Origin: an uncultured Verrucomicrobiae bacterium
GTDB taxonomy: Bacteria; Verrucomicrobiota; Verrucomicrobiia; Chthoniobacterales; Chthoniobacteraceae
Direction: 5' to 3'
Length of the DNA stretch: 64,000 nt
Assembly: GCA_963769025.1 (NCBI GenBank)
Contig: CAVYKI010000012.1
Span: 32,001 to 96,000, forward strand
Made by a program: the position numbers and the translations under genes. This document shows positions 1 to 11,160 of this stretch, piece after piece (the first letter of the stretch is position 1; each line of letters starts with the position of its first letter). Under the pieces are notes generated by a model that did no database searches, was not told the DNA's origin, and worked only from the letters and a program-made list of their open reading frames with translations.

Positions 1-278
1 GCGATATCTGCCGCACTCCGGCTTCAATCTGATGCGGCCGCAGCCGCGCGACTGCCTTTTTGATCAAGTTGCCCGACGATCGCGTCGTAGAGCGCGACCG
101 CCAGCAGCGCGACGACGACGAGCGCCCGCCCGCGAAATCCGCCGAGCACGAGCACGGCCAGCACGAGCGCCACGAGCGGCACCGTCCAGAGCGCGGAACT
201 CGATGCGACGGTCATCACCCGGTCGAGAACCGCGCCGGTCCATTCACGGTTGATGAGAAAAAGTAGCTTTTGATCCAT
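1..278 (-). CDS. PAP2-family (type 2 phosphatidic acid/undecaprenyl-PP) phosphatase; runs off the window edge; +1 frameshift near 72
   Basis: N-terminus MDQKLLFLINREWTGAVLDRVM followed by TM helices. Removing one G from GTCGGGCAAC gives VGNLIKKAVARLRPHQ, the PAP2 K-x6-RP motif. Confidence 0.8.
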
Positions 279-305
279 CCGGAGTAGGCGAAGGTTCGCG
301 AGCCT

Positions 306-1016
306 ATGGTCGCCCTACTCCGTGTAAAGAGCATCCTCGCCGCCTCATTCCTCACCCTCGCGCTTGCAATCGCGCCAGCCGTCGGTGCCGACGATCCGCC
401 GCCACCCGCGCAGGACCTGCTGCGGTCCGTCCGCATCGCGCAGTCCTCGCAGGATTGGAAACTCACCGGCCGCCTGCGCGTCGGGAGGGACAAATTCCCG
501 TTCCGCCTGACGCTGGAGAAGAACTCGATCCGCTACGAGTTCACCGCCACCGGCGACACCATCACGCTGCGGCTCGGAGAAAAGACATCCACGCTCGAGG
601 AAACGAAGGGCGGCAAGACCGGACGCGTCTCCACCGCGAAATTCGACGCGCCGGTGCTCGGCACCGACATCAGCTACGAGGATCTCGCGATGCGATTCCT
701 CTACTGGCCGAATGCCAGCGTGGTCGGCACCGGCATGATCTCCGCGCACAGCTGCTGGAAAGTCGAGGCGCGTCCCGCCTCCGCGAACGACTCCCAGTAC
801 GCGCGCGTCGTGCTGTGGATCGGGCGCGACGATGGCGCGCTGATGAAGGCCGAAAGCTACGATGCCGCTGGCAACTGGGTGCGCCGTTTCACCGTGACGA
901 CCGTGATGAAACGCGAGGGCTACTGGCTGCTGAAGCAGATGCGCATCGAAAGCGCAAAGGGCAGGAGCACCGATCCAAAGCCGACGTATCTCGAAATCGA
1001 GGACGCGGAGAAATAG
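306..1016 (+). CDS. Outer-membrane lipoprotein-sorting (LolA-like) periplasmic protein
   Basis: Signal peptide; family motifs GTDISYEDL and YARVVLWIGRDDGALMKAESYD. Confidence 0.75.
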   Translation: MVALLRVKSILAASFLTLALAIAPAVGADDPPPPAQDLLRSVRIAQSSQDWKLTGRLRVGRDKFPFRLTLEKNSIRYEFTATGDTITLRLGEKTSTLEETKGGKTGRVSTAKFDAPVLGTDISYEDLAMRFLYWPNASVVGTGMISAHSCWKVEARPASANDSQYARVVLWIGRDDGALMKAESYDAAGNWVRRFTVTTVMKREGYWLLKQMRIESAKGRSTDPKPTYLEIEDAEK

Positions 1017-1021
1017 CGCGG

Positions 1022-1918
1022 CTACTTCGGAATCGTAGCGATGATCTCGCTGGCCACGCGCCGGTTGATCTTCACCGCGACATCGACCTTTTTCCCGTCG
1101 AACTCCTCGATGCCCGCCGCATCGACCTCCAGCTTCGCCATGCCCTTGGTGCGCCCGGCCGTGGAAGTCGGATCCACCGGCACATCCATCTCCACGGTGT
1201 ATTCCGAGTGGAAATGGCGGCCCTTCACGTTCTCGGGAAGGTTCGTCAGCGACACGCCCTTGCCCTCGATCTTCGCATCCATCCGCACGGAATACGCAGG
1301 CTGCTTCTCGAATTCGCCGAGCATCAAAAGTTTCGCGTGCCCGCTCACGCCGGAAGGATCGAGGCCCGTGACACCGTTCTGCGCCAGCGAGGCGACCGCG
1401 GCCTTTGCATTCACCGGCCATTCCGCGCCGATCGCGACTTTTTCCGACGTGCCGAAAATATCCTCGTCGCTCACCTCGTCCTCCGCCTGCACCGTCAGCA
1501 GCGACTCGATGATCTGGGCCTGCACATCGTCCGCGGCCTCGCCATTCACCTGCGCCTCATTCTCCGGTTCGTCCCGGCGGAGGAAAAGTTCGTCGCCGTC
1601 GCTGAAAATTCCCACGGGCTGTCCGCCACGCACGCACTCGACAGTTTTCACCTTCAGCCGCATCGCGCTCGGCAGGCCCTTCTTCGTCACAGCGAGGACG
1701 GTGAGCGCGCCCGTCAGCCGGCAAGCCACGATCGTCTCATCCGACTCCACCTCGCGTCCGTCGATGCTCGTCTTCATGCTGTCTTCGTAGGCGACCTTTG
1801 CCGAAATGTCGAAACGGTCACCGGCCTTCACCGGCCGCAGCAGGCGAATCTGATGCACGTCCGCCGCAGCGGCCGTGGAGATGAACAGGCAGAGGGCGAG
1901 AAACGTGCGTGCGATCAT
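1022..1918 (-). CDS. Secreted hypothetical protein, beta-rich
   Basis: 298-aa ORF with signal peptide MIARTFLALCLFISTAAAA and typical codon usage. Confidence 0.75.
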   Translation of the reverse strand: MIARTFLALCLFISTAAAADVHQIRLLRPVKAGDRFDISAKVAYEDSMKTSIDGREVESDETIVACRLTGALTVLAVTKKGLPSAMRLKVKTVECVRGGQPVGIFSDGDELFLRRDEPENEAQVNGEAADDVQAQIIESLLTVQAEDEVSDEDIFGTSEKVAIGAEWPVNAKAAVASLAQNGVTGLDPSGVSGHAKLLMLGEFEKQPAYSVRMDAKIEGKGVSLTNLPENVKGRHFHSEYTVEMDVPVDPTSTAGRTKGMAKLEVDAAGIEEFDGKKVDVAVKINRRVASEIIATIPK

Positions 1919-1990
1919 GCGCCTTCCTTCGCAGAAAACGCGCCATGCGCCAGCGCAGATTCGTCCCGGACGCCCGGCGAGTCGCCCGCC

Positions 1991-3108
1991 TTACGCCGGC
2001 ACCGGCTCGGCGCCCGCGTACTTTCGCCATCCACTCGCGGTGCACCTTCGGCGAAATCTCGCTCGGCTTGATCTCGCTGCGCCCGCCCCAGAAGACGTTC
2101 GTGTAGCTCACCGGGATTCCGCACGCCTCGAGATGATCGTCGATCGCCTTCTTGTGCAGAAAGCACGCGCTCCTTCTCCGTGCCGTGGCAGACCGCCATG
2201 ATGTTCACATTCGCAAAATCCGGCCCGCCCTCGCGCCAGTAGCAATGCGTGAGAATCTCGTGCCGCCCGGCCTCCGCGCCCGCGCGCTCCTGCATCCCCT
2301 CCGGCACACGCCAGTGGAAGAGCGCGTTGAATTTCGTCACCCGCTGCCCGCCCTGCGACGGCTTCACGTGTTCGAGGAACGTGCTGAAGCGCCCGATCAC
2401 CTGGCGCTTGTTCAGATCCTCCGCGACGCGGCAGAACGTCTCCACGTCCACGCCGATTTCCTTCGCGCGATCCGCCCACAGGCCCGTGCGGATCTCGTCC
2501 GGCGAAAGTTCGCGCTTCAACGCCAGCAGCACCTCCCACTCCAGGTCGCTCAGCTTCACGATCCCCACCGGGATCATCCGCGCAGGCTCCGGTGACTTGT
2601 CGCCGGGCTCGATCACCTTCCGGCGCACATGCCCCACGCCGAGCGCGAAGATTCCCTTCGCCGGCATCAGCTTGAATTTCGTGCAGCCTGTGTGGCGCAT
2701 CAGCACGCGCGCATGTTCCTCCATGTTCGTGCCGGTCGGCGTCTTCAGCGTCGTCCAAAGGCGGTACATGCTGCCCGTCGTCTGCCCGTCGGTGCTGCGC
2801 ACCACCACATGACCGCTGAACGGATCATTCTTGAACATCCAGTCAAACGCGTCGTTCAGCTTTTCCTCCGGCACCTGCCACGCGACGAGCGCGCCCTCGG
2901 CGAGATTTGACGCCACGAGCGTCTGCCGCACGCGCCGGATCGTCCCCGCCGACAGCATCGTCCGGATCCGCTCCAGCACCGTCTCCAGCGGCACGCCGCT
3001 CTTCTGCGCGATCTCGATGAATGGCTCGCGCACGAAGCCCTGAATCTTGTCCTCCGAGGTGGCGAGGATTTGCGAGTTGATGGGATCGCTGTGTTCGATG
3101 CTGGACAT
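1991..3108 (-). CDS. Tandem Lrp/AsnC-fold protein resembling a fused AhbA-AhbB (NirDL-type) siroheme decarboxylase; two +1 frameshifts (about 2160 and 2022)
   Basis: Two HTH+RAM halves (EPFIEIAQKSGVPLETVLERI; LWADRAKEIGVDVETF); GHVVVR and THCYWR motifs. The corrected C-terminus reads ...YTNVFWGGRSEIKPSEISP...KYAGAEPVPA* with the stop at 1991. Confidence 0.65.
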
Positions 3109-3228
3109 GGGACGTGAGCCTTAACCCATCCGGCCCCGCCGCGCCACTTAGGAATTGCCACGCTTTGCCCCAGTATTGGCGCGCGGAAAACCTGACGGGC
3201 GGCAGAGCCTCTTAAACCCGATCGGCAC

Positions 3229-6200
3229 TCAAGCCGCAGCCATCTGCCGACGACGCCGTGCCGCGAAAAGCCGCCCGGCAAGCGCGAGCAGCACCGCCAG
3301 CCCTGCAAAAATCGCGACCCGCATCCAGCGCTCGGCGATCTGCGGATCGGCGAAGGAAACTTCGAGCACCGCGCTGGCCTTCGCCTTTTGGAAATGGTGC
3401 ACGCGGCCCGCCAGCGGAAAATCCACCGCAAGCGAGAGCCGTCCCATCTGCTGCACGGCCTGGAGTTCCGCATTCATCGAAACACCCGCGCCCGCAGTCG
3501 GCACGGTCGCCGCCGCCAGCGCGCCGGGACCGGTTACGCCCATCCGCACGGTTCCTCCGTTCGCGGTTGAAAATGACATCGTCGTCCTCGGCTGCGCGGT
3601 GACGACGGGCGGCAGGTTCGGCGTGGTTGGCGCCGGGGTACTCTGAGGCGGAGTCTCGGCTGTCGGCCTTGCCACCGGCTGCGGTGCGCTGGCATTCGAA
3701 AGCACCTGCGCCTGCTCCATCTGCTGCTGCCGGTTCCCGCGGGCGAGATTCAGCGTCCGCAAATTCTCCCCGTCGCTCTCCGCATCCTTCCTGCCTTTTT
3801 CCTCACCGGATGCGACCTTCTTCCCCTCCTGATCGTCCCCCATCACCTTCAGCTTCCCGGCGATGTCCATGGGTTCCGCAATGTCGGCGGGCTTCCCTGG
3901 CTTGCCATCCGCACTCTCCTTCACACCCCCCTTGAAATTGCTCGCGCCAGTCAGTTCCAGCGTCCCCGCGCCGCTCTTGTTCAGGACAGCGACACCCTTC
4001 CCGGTCTTCGCCTGCTGCAGCACGATGTTGTCATTCAGGTAAAAATTCCGCTTGTCCCCGGCCGTCGCCTCCTCGGGTGCCGTGGGCTGCGCCGGGGCCT
4101 TGTTTGCAGGATTCTCAGCCCAGCGTGTGTTCTGGACATTCGAGACCGCGCTGTTGCCCTGAATACCGAGAGCACCATTGTCGAACTGCTGCGCCACGCC
4201 GCCCTGCCCGGCGACGACCGTCCCGTTGGTGATCACAATGTTGTTCCCAGTCGTCGCGTTGCTGTTGAGCGTCCCCGCATTGATGTTCGTCCCGCCCGAG
4301 TACGTGTTGTTCCCGAAAAGCAGCACCTGCGCGCGATTCTGATTCATCGCGCCCTGCTGCACCTGCAGGCCATTCGCATCCGTGAGCGCGGCGGCCTGCT
4401 GCTGCGGAAGGTTGCTCTCATTGGACTGCCCCTCCCGCTGCTGCTCGATGCGCCTGTTGTCCGCCTCCACCTTCGCGAGCTGCTGGCCGACATAGGTGTT
4501 CGTGTCGCTCAATTTCTGCACGAGCGCCTGCTGATCCTTCCCGACCTCGTCCCGCTGACCCGATGAATAGCGGTCCACCCGCAGCACGTCGCTGTTATAT
4601 GCCACCTGCTTCTGCACCTCCGCGCATTTCATCGCCCAATTCAGCTTCGCGTTTGCGCGCACCTCCTCGCTCACCGTCGGGTCGGCGATGATCCCATTGA
4701 GTGCCGCCAGTTCGTCCACCGCGCTGCGCGCCTTCTCGACTTCGCGTGCCACTGCCACGACTTCCGCCATGTTCCCTTCGCTCTTTGTCAGCGAGCGGCT
4801 GTCCGGCAGCCATACGGACCAGAATGTCTGCTCCACCGTGATGCCGATGAGTTCCGCGTCGTGAAAATTCCGCTTGTCCCGCGGCGCGAGCTTCGCGCCC
4901 GACTGCTTCCACACCACCTCCACATCGTAGCTCACATCGCCCGGCCGCGTCTTGATCAGCGGGATGAGGATCGCCTCGCGCCCGTTCACCTTCCCCGAAT
5001 CAGCCCGCACTCCCTGCCCCGCGACCTTCGCGCTCACGAGCACCGCGCCGTCCGGCAGTTTCACCGGGAGGAATTGCAGCGAGCGGTTTTGCAAATGCCA
5101 CACCGCCTTGTGCCACTCCGTGCCGTTCTCGCGCAGCGCCGTCGTCATTTCCGCCCACGCGCAAAATGCCGTCCGCACCTCCGCCTTTTCCAGCCGCTCC
5201 AGCACGAGCGCGACCTTCCACACCGGCTGCACGCGGAAAATCCCCGCGCTCTTCGTCACCGACGGCAGCCACGGAATCGCCGACGCCTGCGCGGGCTCCG
5301 CGCCATCGGTCTCCAGCTTCAGCTCGTACTCGCTCGCATTGTCCGCGATCACGTAGCCGGTCGTCAGTTGCGACTCGGGAAATTCCGGCGCGGGCAGCGC
5401 GATCTCGTTCACCTTGCGCCCGTCCGGCTTCTTGCCCTCGGCCATCGTCAGATCCACGTCCACCGTGAAGTCCACCGTGTCGTACACATCATTCTGAAAC
5501 GCCACGTCGTAAATCCGCCGCTCGCCCTCCACGCGGGTCCGCGTCTCGCGCACTTCGGGGCCCGTCACCTTCGCTTCCGGCAGCGCAGCGGGGAGTGAAA
5601 AGGTCGTCCGCTCGATGCTCCCCTGCCGCAGCGTCACCTGCACCTTCATGCTCCACGACACCCACGACTCGAACGCCTGCGCGTGCATCATCCAGGTCGT
5701 GTTCTGCTTCACCGGCAGCGCCGCGAGCGTCACCTGACCGGAGAATTTCTGGTTCTTGAATTCAAACCCGCGCTTCCGCTCCAGCGGCGGCAGGATTTGG
5801 AAATCCGGCGCAGCCTTCGCCGGGTCCACTTCCTTCGCTGCATCCACCGCCTCCGCACCGTCGAGCGAGAGCGAAGCGCTCACGCCCTTGTGCGCCGCGA
5901 TCACCGCCTCGCCTGTCACCTTGGAAAATCCATCCAGCGCGAGAGGCTGCACATCGAGCTGCTGCGGCGCGGCGGCGTATTCGCGCACGAGATACACCAC
6001 GAGCGGCGTCATCTCCGGCGTCGCGTCCTTGAACCGCACGCGCAACTTTTGCCCGTCGCGCCACCAGTCCTGGAGGCGGACGCTGTCCACCGCCTGCACG
6101 TCGAAATTCGCCGGCAACGTGAGCGACACATCGAAAAGCGGCGCATCCTTCGCGTGCAATTGCAGCGACGCGATGAGTTCGATTTTCCGCCGGTTCACCT

Positions 6201-7434
6201 GATACACGTAATCCACGCGCGCCTCGTGTCCCGACTCCGCGAGCGAAGTGCGATAGCCCAGCGCCCCCGCTCCCGTCCACGATCCCGCGAGCTTCACGCC
6301 TTCGCGCGCCTGCTTCGCGAGCTGCACCTGCCGCAGCACCGCATCCGGCTCCGGCACGACCGCGATGCCCGCGCCCGAATAAAGCGCCAACGTGCGATTC
6401 ACACGCCGCGCCGCGGGCGAAAACTGCGGCACACTCCGCGTCGCCGGGAACACCGTCGCCTGCGCCCGCTCCGTCGCGAACGCCAGCCGGAAGCTCCCCT
6501 TCGCCGGCTCCGCAAGCTGCACTTCGAGCACCTGCTTTGAATCGCCATCCGTGAGCTTCCACGACTTCATCCCCGGCGCATCCAGCATCGCCAGCGCGAG
6601 CCCCTTTTCAAAGCTCACCGAAAACCGATCCTGCTGCGCATCCGCAAATCCGAACGCGATCTCCGTCTCAAACCGCTCATACCCCGCGAGCGCCAGCGCC
6701 GCCGTCTCCACCTCCGCAGTCGCAGGCTCCACGACCCGCGCCACGCCCTCCGCCTCGACGAGCGCCACCGAGATCCGCCCCGTCGTGCCGAGCGCCGCCG
6801 TCACCGTCTTCTTCCCATCCGTCACACGCTCGATCACACCCGCATCCGGCGCGATGCGCGCCGACCATCGCGTCTCCGGCAGCGTCAGCACCAGCCGCGT
6901 CGCTGCCGTGCGCGGGATGCCCCACGAAAATTCCCGCGCCCCCGCCGCCAGCGGAATCTCAAACGCCGCCGTGAGCGAATGCCTGCCCGGCTTCTCCACC
7001 ACGAGCGCGCCATCCGCAAATGCCGCCGGCTTCCCGTCCACCGCGAGTTCGCTGATCTGCACGCCCTCGAACGGCAGCGGCACTTTCACCCACGCCTCGT
7101 CGAACGTCGAAAACTCCAGCGTCACCGAAAACGCCGCGCGCTTTTCCTCCACGCGCCCCTCATACCGCGCCGCCCCCAGCGCAAACGCCGCCGCCGCAAA
7201 CGCCGCCTTCTCCGGCGTCCGCGTCTTCTTCGCCGCCTCCCACAATTCGAGAAAGCGATCGTATTTCAGATACACCTTGTCCGGATGCTGATCCGCCACC
7301 GGCTTCTTCGGATCGTACGGAACAATCACCGTGTCGCGCGACTCCGGCCGCATGGCCTGCGGCTTCTCCGCGCGCACACCGACGTTCCCGACGCAAAACA
7401 GCGCCAGCATCATCGAGAGCATCCAAGGTTTCAC
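3229..7434 (-). CDS. Giant exported beta-rich protein, paralogue C (about 1400 aa), one C-terminal TM helix, function unknown
   Basis: Long ORF. Likely GTG start at 7434 overlaps the upstream TGA (GTGA). Signal peptide WMLSMMLALFCVGNVGVRA; C-terminal VAIFAGLAVLLALAG followed by RRRR. Confidence 0.85.
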   Translation of the reverse strand: MKPWMLSMMLALFCVGNVGVRAEKPQAMRPESRDTVIVPYDPKKPVADQHPDKVYLKYDRFLELWEAAKKTRTPEKAAFAAAAFALGAARYEGRVEEKRAAFSVTLEFSTFDEAWVKVPLPFEGVQISELAVDGKPAAFADGALVVEKPGRHSLTAAFEIPLAAGAREFSWGIPRTAATRLVLTLPETRWSARIAPDAGVIERVTDGKKTVTAALGTTGRISVALVEAEGVARVVEPATAEVETAALALAGYERFETEIAFGFADAQQDRFSVSFEKGLALAMLDAPGMKSWKLTDGDSKQVLEVQLAEPAKGSFRLAFATERAQATVFPATRSVPQFSPAARRVNRTLALYSGAGIAVVPEPDAVLRQVQLAKQAREGVKLAGSWTGAGALGYRTSLAESGHEARVDYVYQVNRRKIELIASLQLHAKDAPLFDVSLTLPANFDVQAVDSVRLQDWWRDGQKLRVRFKDATPEMTPLVVYLVREYAAAPQQLDVQPLALDGFSKVTGEAVIAAHKGVSASLSLDGAEAVDAAKEVDPAKAAPDFQILPPLERKRGFEFKNQKFSGQVTLAALPVKQNTTWMMHAQAFESWVSWSMKVQVTLRQGSIERTTFSLPAALPEAKVTGPEVRETRTRVEGERRIYDVAFQNDVYDTVDFTVDVDLTMAEGKKPDGRKVNEIALPAPEFPESQLTTGYVIADNASEYELKLETDGAEPAQASAIPWLPSVTKSAGIFRVQPVWKVALVLERLEKAEVRTAFCAWAEMTTALRENGTEWHKAVWHLQNRSLQFLPVKLPDGAVLVSAKVAGQGVRADSGKVNGREAILIPLIKTRPGDVSYDVEVVWKQSGAKLAPRDKRNFHDAELIGITVEQTFWSVWLPDSRSLTKSEGNMAEVVAVAREVEKARSAVDELAALNGIIADPTVSEEVRANAKLNWAMKCAEVQKQVAYNSDVLRVDRYSSGQRDEVGKDQQALVQKLSDTNTYVGQQLAKVEADNRRIEQQREGQSNESNLPQQQAAALTDANGLQVQQGAMNQNRAQVLLFGNNTYSGGTNINAGTLNSNATTGNNIVITNGTVVAGQGGVAQQFDNGALGIQGNSAVSNVQNTRWAENPANKAPAQPTAPEEATAGDKRNFYLNDNIVLQQAKTGKGVAVLNKSGAGTLELTGASNFKGGVKESADGKPGKPADIAEPMDIAGKLKVMGDDQEGKKVASGEEKGRKDAESDGENLRTLNLARGNRQQQMEQAQVLSNASAPQPVARPTAETPPQSTPAPTTPNLPPVVTAQPRTTMSFSTANGGTVRMGVTGPGALAAATVPTAGAGVSMNAELQAVQQMGRLSLAVDFPLAGRVHHFQKAKASAVLEVSFADPQIAERWMRVAIFAGLAVLLALAGRLFAARRRRQMAAA

Positions 7435-10400
7435 GCCAGCACCTCCTTCTTCACCCGGAACACGCACCACGCCCCGACCCGGTTCAGCACCAGCCCTGCG
7501 AGCCAGCCGCCGAGCAGCGCATTGCACACCGGCATCCACGCCACGCTCACACACAGCGGCACCGCGGACAGCACGAGCACCGCCCACAGCGTCCGCCACC
7601 ACGGTCGTCTCGACGCCACGAGGTAAAATGCGACCCCTCCCGCGACGAACCAGATCCACAACGCCCGCGCGCGGCTCCACCAATCGTCATACCGCATCTC
7701 CAGCCGCTCCGGCGCATACAGCCCGTCAAACACCAGCGCCGGCCCCGTCTTCGGAAGATCGAGCGTCACGGGCAGAAGACCCGCGGTTTTTCCTCCGCGA
7801 TACCATCCGCGCGCGCCCGATTCGGGAAGTCGGGATTTCAAGGTTTGGAAATTGCTCACGTCGTCCGTCTTGGTTTGCGGCTTCGCCGGAGCCGCCGGTT
7901 CAGGTTGCGCAGTTGCGGTCTGCGGAGCCGGCGCCTTCGGGGCGAGTTTCCCGTCCAACTCGCGAGCCGCCAGTTCGCTCTTCGTACCTTCCTGGGCGGC
8001 CTTCCGCCCATCTTCAAACCGCCCTCTCATGCTTCCCGGCAGTTTCTCCAACGCCTTTGCGCGATCCAGTTGGTCTGCATCCACGTTCATGTCGGTTATT
8101 CCCGGACGGTGCGACTGCGCGGCAGGCATCTCTTCGTTGTCCCACATCACCTGTCCTGCCGATTCACGCGCAGCCTTCAGCGTTCCCAAACTGAGCTCAC
8201 CCAGCGCGCCGAGCGACACGCGCCCAATCGTCCGCACCAGCAATTCCTCATGCGGCGCTTCCGGCACCGGCAGGTTGCTCTCGATGTCCGAGAACGAAAA
8301 TCCCTCCGGCACCCACACGCGCCACGTGCTCTTCAGCACCGGGATGCCCGTGGCGATGGATGGCGCGTTCAGCGCGAGCTTGCCGCGATTTTTCCAAGCA
8401 CCGCCCGTCGTCTCGTACACGAGCGCAGCGATGACTCCGGTGTTCGCGTCGCGCTTCGCCGGGAGCGGGAGACGCACGCTGCCGGGGCGATCCTCCACCG
8501 TCACGGGCTTCACCGCGGTGCCGTCAATCGCCGCCGAGAGCAGCGCCGCGCCCTGCGGCAGAGCCACGTCGAAGTATTCCACGCCCGAGGCGCGCAGCCG
8601 GTAGATGGCCTCGTGCCGGTGCGTGCCGCTCGTGGATATCACCGTGTTCAGTTCCAGCGCGTCCACCACGGCCGCGAGCATCCCCGCGGGCGCGTGCCGC
8701 ACGCCGTTCAGCGTGAGCGCGTAGTCCGCGCCGAGCCAGCCGAAGACGCCGATGACGCGGTGCCGCGGCGCGTAGTCCGCGAGCTGCGGCGCGAGCAGCG
8801 AGTCGAGTTCGTTCATCCCGACCGCGTCGAAGCGAATCTCCGTTTCCGTGTTCGCCTCCACCGCCCACAGCCCGCTCGCGCGCACGACATCGAGCGGCGA
8901 AATCACCGGCACCTTCACCGCAAACGAATAGCCCTTCGCGCCATTTTTCCCGTCGCCCGCCTGCTTCCCCACCGGCACCTGCGCGGCGATGCTCAGCGCA
9001 TAGTTCCCCGTGAGTTCCTTTTGGAAAGTGACCGTCCACACGTCGCCGTCGAGCGCGCGCTCGGCGACTTGCGGTCCTTCAAAATGGAAGTTCTGCGCGA
9101 TGTCCTTCGGCACGCGAATCTTCACCGCGCGCGTGCCGCCGCCGAGGAACTGGTAGTTCATCACCGCATGCACATCGAGCACGCCTTCGAGCGGCAGGAC
9201 GTAGCCCGTGAGCGCCGCGAGCACCTCGGACGGACGCCGCGCGATCTTCGACCGTAAGATCGAACGCATCGCGCCGGAACCACGCATACTCGCCCTGCAC
9301 CGGTGTGCTGCGCCCGTCGCGCCGCTCCAGCGTCTCGCCCGGCTGCGCCTCGATGCGAAACGCCGGGTCCGCCGTGAGCGCGATGTATCCCGTAACCTTC
9401 GCCGAGTCCGCGATCTTCGCATCGCCGAGCGTGATCGAAATCCCCTCCGCCGGAAGCTGCGTCCATTTCTCCGGCTCGATGCGCGTGCGCACGCGGAACA
9501 CGCGCGGCTTCACGGATTCGTCGCTCCACTTGATGAGCACCCTGCCGCCCTCGCGCGTCCACTCCGGCTCGGTTTCACTGCCCGCGATTTGGCCCGGCAG
9601 GATTCCCTGAGCCGCAGGCTGGCCCGCGACAGGCTTCACTTCCTCGATGCGCCGCACGTCCAGAAACTCCTCGCTCGCAGGGAGCGTGATCGCCGCGGAA
9701 AAGCGACGCCCCTTCTGCTCCCGCAGCGTCAGCGTGCGCGTGACGAAAATCGCGTCCGAACGAAACTCCACGAGCGTGTCGAGGTCGCTCTCCAGCCCCG
9801 GCACCGCGCGCTCGATGACCACCTTCGGCGCAACGCCGCTGCCGGAAAATTCATACGCGCCGAAGAACCCGCGCTCGCCGCGATCCTCGGGAGTCGGCAT
9901 CCGCCGCATCCGCGCATCGGCGGTCACGTCCTTGATCGTCACATTGTCCGCGCCCGCGATGTGCAGCTCGCCATCGAGCCGCGACGCGCCCTGCAACACC
10001 GGCATCGGCAGCACCGTCGCCGCCGCGTCCTTCCCGATCAGCGGCTGCAACTCCACACCAATTTCCAGGTCGAGTTCCTTCCGCGCACCGTCCTGAAACT
10101 TCGCGACAATCTTCCCGCCCGCCGCCTCCCACCCGCGCAATTCACCCGCGCGCACCGCGAGCACCTTCACCCCCGCAGGCAGCGCAAACTCGAACGACAG
10201 CGGCAAATCGCCGAGCGGAGCTTCGAGGTGAATCCGGTAACTGCCCGCGATTTTCTCCGCATCAATGTCGTAGCGCACGAGCGCCTGCGCGCGCACGGGA
10301 ATCTTCCCGTCATTCTCTGCGCCGCCCTTCCACGCAAACGCCACCGCACTCCGCGCCGGCGAAAGCGCGACGGTCGCCGTGGTGGATTCCGCAGTCTTCG

Positions 10401-11160
10401 TCACCCGCACCGCATCGCCGAGTTTTTCCATCGTCGCACCCGCGGGCAGCGCGAGCGTGAAGGAACCCGCCGCGACGCCCGGCACACCGAGCGCCAGCGT
10501 GCTGATCCCGCCCGCTCCCGCGATCGGCGCGGTGATTTCCAGCGTGACCTTGTGCTCGCCGCGTCCGCGCAACAGCAGGAGCGCGGGCCTCTCAGGCGCG
10601 ATCATTTGTTTCCCGCTCTGCGGCTGCGCGGCCTGCGGCGGCGGCGCATCCCGCAAGACCGGATTCCGAGCCGTGAGCACGCCTTCGCCGTCGAGCTTCA
10701 CCTCGCCGATGGCCGCGCCCGCAAAGTCGAGCGGCAACGAACTCCAGCCGTTGCGCAGCACGTTCACACGGAGTTCCGCATGGATCACCGCCGTCTTCCC
10801 ATCCGGCACCGCGCGAAATTCCGCGCTGGAAATCGCAGCCGCAACGGGCGCCTCGGATTCCGGCTTCTTCTCGCGCTCCGCATCGCGGAGAAGCGCCTCG
10901 TACTGCTCGCGCGTCAGCAGCACCGCATTCTTGTCGAGCACATGCCCGAGCTTGTCCACCGGCACCCAAAGCTCCCGGCGATCCGGCGGCTTCGGCGCGG
11001 CGGGCTCCGCGCGCGCCGCGATGGATGGAAGCACCAATGCGATCAGCAGCGCGACGAAAACATGTAGCCGCGCTTGTAAAAGCGCGGGCACTCTTTGCAT
11101 TCGCGCGGGAAAATCAGCCCGCGCCTTTACAAGCGCAGCTACGATCGGTTTCGCACTCAT
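7431..11160 (-). CDS. Giant exported beta-rich protein, paralogue B (about 1240 aa), C-terminal TM helices; +1 frameshift near 9250
   Basis: Joins ORFs 9079..11448 and 7431..9422 (DAFDLTV/KIARRPSEVLAAL). ATG 11160 overlaps the upstream TGA; an alternative start lies at 11100. Signal-like segment VFVALLIALVLPSIAARA. Confidence 0.8.

Noticed and set aside
100..185. Short GACGAC/GAGCAC/CACGAG repeats
   Set aside because: Reverse complement of Val/Leu/Ala codons in TM helices of the PAP2 gene.
7435..7683. Upstream extension of paralogue C to 7683
   Set aside because: It overlaps the TM-coding end of paralogue B; the signal peptide and GTGA coupling point to 7434.
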